Below, piece by piece: positions 39,321 through 64,000 of a stretch of DNA of 64,000 nt (positions within the stretch are counted from its first letter, which is position 1; the number at the start of each line of letters is the position of its first letter). Position numbers and translations under genes: made by a program. The notes beneath the pieces were generated by a model. That model was not told where the DNA came from. It searched no databases and saw only the letters and a list, made by a program, of their open reading frames with translations. Origin of the DNA: the human T2T-CHM13v2.0 reference genome, Homo sapiens; assembly GCF_009914755.1 (NCBI RefSeq), contig NC_060926.1. One strand, written 5' to 3'.

Positions 39321-41680
39321 ATGGACGGAGCAGTGATGGAAGGGCCGCTTTTTTTGCAGAGTCAGCGCTTTGGGACCAAGGTAGTCTGGCGCATGGATGC
39401 CGAACCTTATCCGGGCTAGTAGTGGGTGAGAGAGCCCAGAAACAGGGAGAGGTGGGCAGCGGGCTGGAGAGCGGCGCCGGGAGTTGGAGAGCCTGTGACT
39501 TTCCCGTGAAGTTGCTTTGCACACTCCCGGGAAGCGTCTGTAGTCTAGGGGTTCTGGTCCTGGGGAGACGGAGTGGCATCGTCCTTGGGAAACTTCGCCC
39601 CCAACCCCGTTTGGAAGCCCCAGATCCCAAATCGACTTGCGCCGCAACCTCCTTCCCCGTCGGGACCCGGGCCGCCTGCGCACGCCACTCCCTCTCGAGC
39701 ACTCTCTCTCTCTCCCTAGAGGTGGAGGAAGACCTGGGCCGTGCTCTACCCGGCCAGTCCCCACGGCGTAGCGCGGCTCGAGTTCTTTGACCATAAGGGG
39801 TCGAGCTCTGGGGGTGGCCGAGGGAGCTCGCGCCGCCTGGACTGCAAAGTGATCCGTCTGGCTGAGTGTGTGAGTGTGGCCCCCGTCACCGTGGAGACCC
39901 CCCCTGAGCCCGGCGCCACTGCCTTCCGCCTGGACACTGCTCAGCGCTCGCACCTGCTGGCGGCCGACGCGCCGTCCAGTGCAGCCTGGGTGCAGACGCT
40001 GTGCCGAAACGCCTTTCCGGTGAGGAGCTGCGGCGATGCGGGGTGGGGGCAGTTACAGAGGCAGAGAAATGGGGCTGCCTCAGACCGACCCCCGCTCCCC
40101 GCTGAGGAAATTACGGGTTTCTCGATGCTCTCTACTACAGAAAGGCAGCTGGACTCTGGCGCCTACCGATAACCCACCTAAGCTTTCTGCCCTGGAGATG
40201 CTGGAGAACTCCTTGTACAGCCCTACCTGGGAAGGTAGACGCCTCAGAAGCCCGGGCAGGGATGGAGTGAAGAGGAGGAGGGCCGAGGGCCTTTGGGAAG
40301 TGGGTGGATACCCAGGGGCCCATGGGGAAGTAAGAAGTAGGAAGGCCCTGAGATCTGGCTTCCGAGTGAGTGCTTGGACACTATGCTCATGAGTCCTCTG
40401 GGTCCCCACTGCTGCCCCCGTCCCTCCCCCGCAGCTGTCTAATCGTGTATGCCTTCCAGGATCCCAATTCTGGGTAACGGTGCAGAGGACTGAGGCCGCC
40501 GAGCGCTGTGGCCTGCATGGCTCCTACGTGCTGAGGGTGGAGGCTGAAAGGCTGACTCTCCTGACCGTGGGGGCCCAGAGTCAGATACTGGAGCCACTCC
40601 TGTCCTGGCCCTACACTCTGTTGCGTCGCTATGGCCGGGACAAGGTGCAGGGGCTGTCCGGGAGGGCTTCCTGGGTTGGGCAGCTGTGGGAGGGGTGGGG
40701 CAGGACAGAAAGTGGGAAGCTCTGACCTTTGGATCCCCCTTTCTTGCCTACCCGGTGACCCCGCGTCTGTTCGCAGGTGGTCTCTTCTTTGTAGATACCC
40801 TAACTAGTGCAGGCGTGTGACTCACTTCCTCTGATGGCTCCTGGTAATGTGTTTCCCCCTCTACCCTCCTTAGGTCATGTTCTCTTTCGAGGCCGGCCGC
40901 CGCTGCCCCTCAGGCCCTGGAACCTTCACCTTCCAGACGGCACAGGGAAATGACATCTTCCAGGCAGTTGAGACTGCCATCCACCGGCAGAAGGCCCAGG
41001 GAAAGGCCGGACAGGGGCACGATGTTCTCAGAGCTGACTCCCATGAAGGGGAGGTGGCAGAGGGGAAGTTGCCTTCCCCACCTGGCCCCCAAGAGCTCCT
41101 CGACAGTCCCCCAGCCCTGTATGCTGAGCCCTTAGACTCCCTGCGCATTGCTCCATGCCCTTCCCAGGACTCCCTATACTCAGACCCCTTGGACAGCACG
41201 TCTGCTCAGGCAGGAGAGGGAGTACAACGGAAGAAACCTCTCTATTGGGACTTGTATGAGCATGCGCAGCAGCAGTTGCTGAAGGCCAAGCTGACAGACC
41301 CCAAAGAGGATCCCATCTATGATGAACCTGAGGGCCTGGCCCCAGTCCCTCCCCAGGGCCTTTATGATCTGCCTCGGGAGCCCAAGGATGCATGGTGGTG
41401 CCAAGCTCGGGTGAAGGAGGAGGGCTATGAGCTCCCCTACAACCCTGCCACTGATGACTACGCTGTGCCACCCCCTCGGAGCACAAAGCCCCTCCTTGCT
41501 CCCAAGCCCCAGGGCCCAGCCTTCCCTGAACCTGGTACTGCAACTGGCAGTGGCATCAAAAGCCACAACTCAGCCCTGTACAGCCAGGTCCAGAAGAGCG
41601 GGGCCTCAGGGAGCTGGGACTGTGGGCTCTCTAGAGTAGGGACTGACAAGACTGGGGTCAAGTCAGAGGGCTCTACCTGA
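39321..41680 (+). CDS. DOK1: Docking protein 1 (p62dok), 481 aa; PH, PTB and Tyr-rich tail
   Basis: Exons 39321-39380, 39720-40019, 40141-40234, 40460-40644, 40874-41680. Total 1446 nt. Starts MDGAVMEGPLFLQSQRFGTK; WPYTLLRRYGRD and FSFEAGRRC PTB motifs; YAEP, YSDP, YDEP, YELP, YSQV. Confidence 0.98.
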
Positions 41681-42092
41681 GAAGGACGGCAAGGCTGAGG
41701 TGGCTAAGGGGGACCATGGGGAGGTGGCACTAGGGATCAAAGAAGATGGTTAGAACCAGCAGAAGCCAGAGGGTGGGAGGGGCCATGCTGTGTGAGACCA
41801 GGGGACCAGAGGGATGGGAGAGTCAAGGGAAGGACAATCCCAGGAAGTCCTAAGAAGTGGGGCAGATGGCAGGGCTGAGGATGGGCTCTGCATCCCCCAA
41901 AGCCATCCCTTCCCTACTTCCCCAAATGAAGGGACGGCTGTGGGACCAGGTCTGTGGAAAGTGGTGCATGGTCAGAATGGGTGCAGTTTGAGGGGCCTGT
42001 GTGGAGGCCTCAGGGAGATGTTGGACTGTGCCTGGATCCTTACTCCTGCATTGTTCTTTGCCAGAGACCTATTTAAAAATTTTAAAATTCTC

Positions 42093-42098
42093 ATTAAA
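42093..42098 (+). terminator. DOK1 polyadenylation signal ATTAAA
   Basis: ATTAAA followed by a GT/T-rich downstream element (TTTATGTGTGTG). Confidence 0.75.
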
Positions 42099-42451
42099 GT
42101 CAGCTTGGGTTTAAGAAGTTTATGTGTGTGAAGAGAAAAAGAGGGGACACAGTGGTTGGGTTGGGTGTGGTGGGGATCAAGAGGAGAACCAGGAATGTGT
42201 TGAGAGTCACGGAGAGGCAAGGGGCCCAGGAAGGGAACAGAAGTGTGGCGGTTCAGTGCCTGGGGAGTCAAGTCAAGCTGCCCTGGGCTAGATGTGAGCT
42301 CTGTGGCCCTGGGTGATAACATCTGCAACCCTCAGTTTCCCCTGTGCCCCTCTGTAAAATGGAAAAGCTATAATGGGCTCTACCTCACAGGGCTTTTTGT
42401 ATGAAATTAGATACATTATAAGTATTTAGTGTAATCTGAAGCACAGGGTGT

Positions 42452-42602
42452 TTTTTTAAAAGTTTTTATTATTTATGTAGAGATGGCGGGGGGGTCTCAC
42501 AGTGTTGCTCAGGCTGGTCTCGAACTCCTGGCCTCAAGTGATCATCCCACCTCAGCCTCTCAAAGTGTTGGGATTACAGGTGTGAGCCACTGCTCCCAGC
42601 CC
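42452..42602 (-). mobile_element. Alu monomer (FLAM-like) beside a MIR (about 42295-42450)
   Basis: Left-arm Alu sequence; adjacent CCTCAGTTTCC..CTGTAAAATGG MIR core. Confidence 0.8.
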
Positions 42603-43015
42603 AGAGTAAACATTTTATAAATGGTAGCTATTATTCTGTGGATGGAGGGAGCAACAGGAAGGTTGGTACATGTGGGGAGAGGGTAACAGGAAAGGAGTAG
42701 GTCTTTTTTTACACCATCCTCTCCCCTGTTCTGGGCAGCCCTCCCACCCCCCAGCACACACACTTTGCATGTAGGTACCAAGCACTTGTCTCTTTGGAGG
42801 CTGAAGCCTGGTGGTGTAGTGGGAAGGGCACAGGCTCTGAAATGAGGCTTGGATTTCAATCTTACTTGTCTTTTATGAGCTTTCAAAACCTCATCCTTGT
42901 TCCTGAGGTCCAGTTTACCAAAGGTGATCTGACCTCATCCACCTGCTTACACAGAGCTACAAGAAGAAATTCTGAGTTATGAATGCTCCTAACAATGGTA
43001 GAAGCTTACTGGGTG

Positions 43016-43021
43016 TTTAAT
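43016..43021 (-). terminator. M1AP polyadenylation signal ATTAAA
   Basis: ATTAAA on the minus strand about 260 nt after the stop codon. Confidence 0.65.
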
Positions 43022-43281
43022 CTTCACCTGTGTAAACAGTAGCAAATGATTCTAAAGAAAATGAAAGTCCTTGCTGGAGAAAGGACAGGCTCGGGTGTGT
43101 CGCTTCCAGACTTGAGGAGTGGGACAGCACTGAAACAGGACAGGAAGGCTGTTGTTTCCCAGTCAGCCCTCACTCACAGAGGCTCAGGCGGATAGAGAGC
43201 AAGTCTGACCACAGATAGCCATTATGTGAACCTGAGCATGGATATGGTTAAGCTGGGCAGCTGGGCTCTGGTGCTGGTGAC

Positions 43282-61186
<17,905 letters not shown>

Positions 61187-62403
61187 CTACAATAAAAGGA
61201 GATTACATTTCAGACACACTACAATTGGAGGAAGGATTGTGGGTAATAAGTTACCTTAGGCTATGCCATTAAGAGACAACATCTGCTACCCATTCCATCT
61301 CTACCAGGCAAGCAAGGGATAGGAGGAGGCAGGAGAGTGGAAAGAGGAAAGCCTGACTGGTTTGGAAAGGGAGAACAGGTCTGGAAGCTATAGTATCTCT
61401 ATCGCTCTACATAAAAGTTAACTTATCTTCAAGAGTCTGACATGATCTTTACTTGTTTTACTTCTGGGCTGGCTGAGCAGTTGTCTCATAGTGAGACATC
61501 TGGCTTGTGATCCAGTCTGAGGAACATGTATCCTCTGTGGAGGAGGTAGCTAATGCCAAAATATGCAGAGGCCCTTTGGCAATCACAGAAGGAAATCTTG
61601 CTTCTGCTGCTTCCTTGTGGCTAAGCTTTGGCAACAGTGCAGGTCAGATGAAGGAAGAGCAGTAAAGCAGAAGTCAGGCAGTCAGATGACTGCTACTGTT
61701 TCTCTGTGGGCTCGTTCAGGGACATTCAGAGTGGGGGGAAAGGAATAAGTTCCTGAAATAGCTTATTTTTTAATTCCCCAAAGAAACATGAATTTAGGAC
61801 CTTCTGGGCCTTGGAGCATCACAGTGGCATCAGACAACAGTTCTGAGGAATGCTTAGGCTAGGTAGGAGTTACTCATCTAGGTATTTTACTCTTCTGCAT
61901 TAAGCTTCTGCTCCAGTAGGTAACTGCATATGCCATAGTGTATGATGATCTGTTACACAAGCTTAAATCCTTGATATTACAAAGTTCTTCAATAAAACGT
62001 ATACCTGGCTTGAATAGTGATAACAAACTTGTGAATATACAAATGTTGAGTACTTCTGAGAAGGCTGGTAGTTGATGCTAGTGACTTGTGAAATGACTGT
62101 ACTAACTGCAATATGAGGTAAAAAACAACATAGAAAAAAATAGAGTGGCAGAACAGATGTTAGATCCAGCTGGCCCTCCTGGGCCCTGTGAATAAGACCT
62201 AGACATTAGGTCTTATCACATTAGACATTGTGAATAAGACATTCATTCTGGGTGAGACGGCCCTCAGCCTGACATGTCCCAGAGCACAGGAAGTCAGTAG
62301 GAGGGACTTTGCCTAGGACTCCAGCTTCCTCTTATTTCCTCTGTGCCTGACTTCTCCATTTCCGGTCCTGAGGCTTTAGGACTGGACAGCTGTGTTCATC
62401 TGG

Positions 62404-63085
62404 CAGAGGTTTTCAATTCTGGTTGCAGTAAGAATCATCTAGGGCAGCAATCCTCAATCATTTTGGCATTAGCGACTGGTTTCATAAAAGACAATTTTTC
62501 CATGGGGTGGTGGGGGATGGTACTGTTCCACCTCAGATCATCAGGCATTAGTTAGATTCTCATAAGGAGTGCACAACCTAGATCCCTTGCATGTGTAGTT
62601 CACAATAGGGTTTGGGCTTCTATGAGAATCTAATGACATAGCCGATCTGACAGGAGGCGGAGCTCAGATGGTAATGCTTGCTCACCTGCTGCTCACCTCC
62701 TGCTGATCCAGTTCCTAACAGGCCACAGGGGTTGGGGACCCCGATCTAGGAAACTTGAAAAAGATACTGATGTCTGGGCCCTACCCCAGACCAACTGAAT
62801 CAGGGTCTCTGGGGGTGAAGCCCAGACACTGGTATTTTATTATACTTTAAGTTTTGGGGTGCATGTGCACAATGTGCAGGTTTGTTACATATGTATACAT
62901 GTGCCATGTTGGTTTGCTGCACCCATTAACTCGTCATTTACATGAGGTATTTCTCCTAATGCTATCCCTCCCCCAAACCCCCACCCCATGACAGGCCCCG
63001 GTGTATGATGTTCCCCACCCTGAGACACTGGTATTTTTTATAAGTTCCCCATGTGATTCTTACTGCAGCCTGGGTTAAGAAATAC
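62404..63085. mobile_element. MER5A-like hAT element with nested MER1B-like element (62445-62743) and L1PA 3' end (minus, 62839-63022)
   Basis: 8-bp TSD ATCTAGGG/ATCTAGGA; 15-bp TSD AGACACTGGTATTTT; L1 3'UTR TTATTATACTTTAAGTTTT..CATGTGCACAATGTGCAGGTTTGTTACAT. Confidence 0.8.
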
Positions 63086-64000
63086 CCAAACTGTGGTCTC
63101 AGCAGAGTGTCCCAAAGCTGGGAAAGCTGTTTTAGCTGGGCTTGAATCTAGAACCAGGTGTGCTTCTCCCACCCAGAGCCCAGATGCAGATGTGGCAGAC
63201 ACCATACCTAAGAACAAGAAAAGAAACTCATGTGTAACTCACTGTGTGCTCTGTCAGAGGAACGCCTTTCTAAGGGAAGCACCTAAAGACGGGGTGAAGG
63301 GCCCTAGGCAAAGAAGCAGCTGGCATCAGATAGAGAACCTTGTAAGAAGGAGTCAGAGTGAACATCTGAGATGCATACCCCAAAGAGTCTAGAGGAGGAA
63401 AGCTTGGGTTTTTTGTTTTGTTTTCTTTCATTTTTTGTAGTGAGCCATACTCCAGAAATCTACATGTGTGGCAATACATCAATTTTTAAAATAATAATGC
63501 CAGCATAATCTTTATTGTGTTTAAAATCTCAGGTGGGTCACATCCACCCTAGAAGAGGCCTAATTTCCCCAGACCTCATTCCAGCTGTGCCTAAACATCT
63601 GGATTCCAGTGAAGACCTCCCCAGCAGAAAAGCTGACTGCAGTCTGGATATAAGTTCCACTGTGCATCCCGAAGACCTACAGATTTCTGAAAAAATGATT
63701 ATAGATGGAGTTAAATATTCTGGCTCTGATCCTGGTGCTGAAAGCTTTGGAAAGACAGAGGGGAAGCTAGAGAAATTCTGATTAGCACCATGGGCAAATG
63801 CCATGTGATAGTGGAAGAAAGGCTGGTTACAGGAGTTCCTGGCCTCTGAGGGCACCAGCCCTCCTAATGAAAGAAGTGAATCTCTAGCCCCTTTGTTCAG
63901 AATTGCTTAGCATGAGGCAGGTTAATATAGTAGATAAAGGCCCAGGTTCTGGAGGAAGATAGACCTGGGTTTATTGACATTGTCTGGGCTGAGAGTGTCA

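Noticed and set aside
38724-39953. 409-aa minus-strand ORF (also 33286-34278, 330 aa, and 241-957, 238 aa)
   Set aside because: Stop-poor CpG-island sequence overlapping real exons or promoters; low-complexity P/G/R/A composition and no recognisable domain.
63515-63855. 88-aa and 105-aa opposite-strand ORFs near the window end
   Set aside because: No recognisable homology, and no convincing splice pairs compatible with M1AP.

Overview
Gene-dense human genomic DNA, recognised from the proteins as the chr2p13.1 TLX2-DQX1-AUP1-HTRA2-LOXL3-DOK1-M1AP cluster. I rebuilt the exon structures by hand from splice signals. DQX1 (717 aa), AUP1 (410 aa), HTRA2 (458 aa), LOXL3 (753 aa) and DOK1 (481 aa) join into complete in-frame CDSs. 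TLX2 and M1AP are partial, with their 5' ends outside the window. There are two head-to-head CpG-island promoters (AUP1/HTRA2 and LOXL3/DOK1), three tail-to-tail junctions and many Alu, MIR, L2, L1, CR1 and DNA-transposon copies. There is no prokaryote-type system, CRISPR array or RNA gene. The most interesting signal is a cluster of up to five frame-preserving phase-2 micro-exon candidates, mostly Lys/Arg/Pro-rich, in the repeat-poor end of LOXL3 intron 4. They would insert into SRCR domain 2, and one has an acceptor reading GG instead of AG. Also notable: a 12-nt MIR-derived M1AP micro-exon, a duplicated M1AP splice acceptor leading to a stop, an orphan promoter-like cassette in the TLX2 3' UTR, and a strong-Kozak uORF embedded in the YY1 site upstream of AUP1. 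Repeat boundaries and subfamilies were judged by eye and are approximate.
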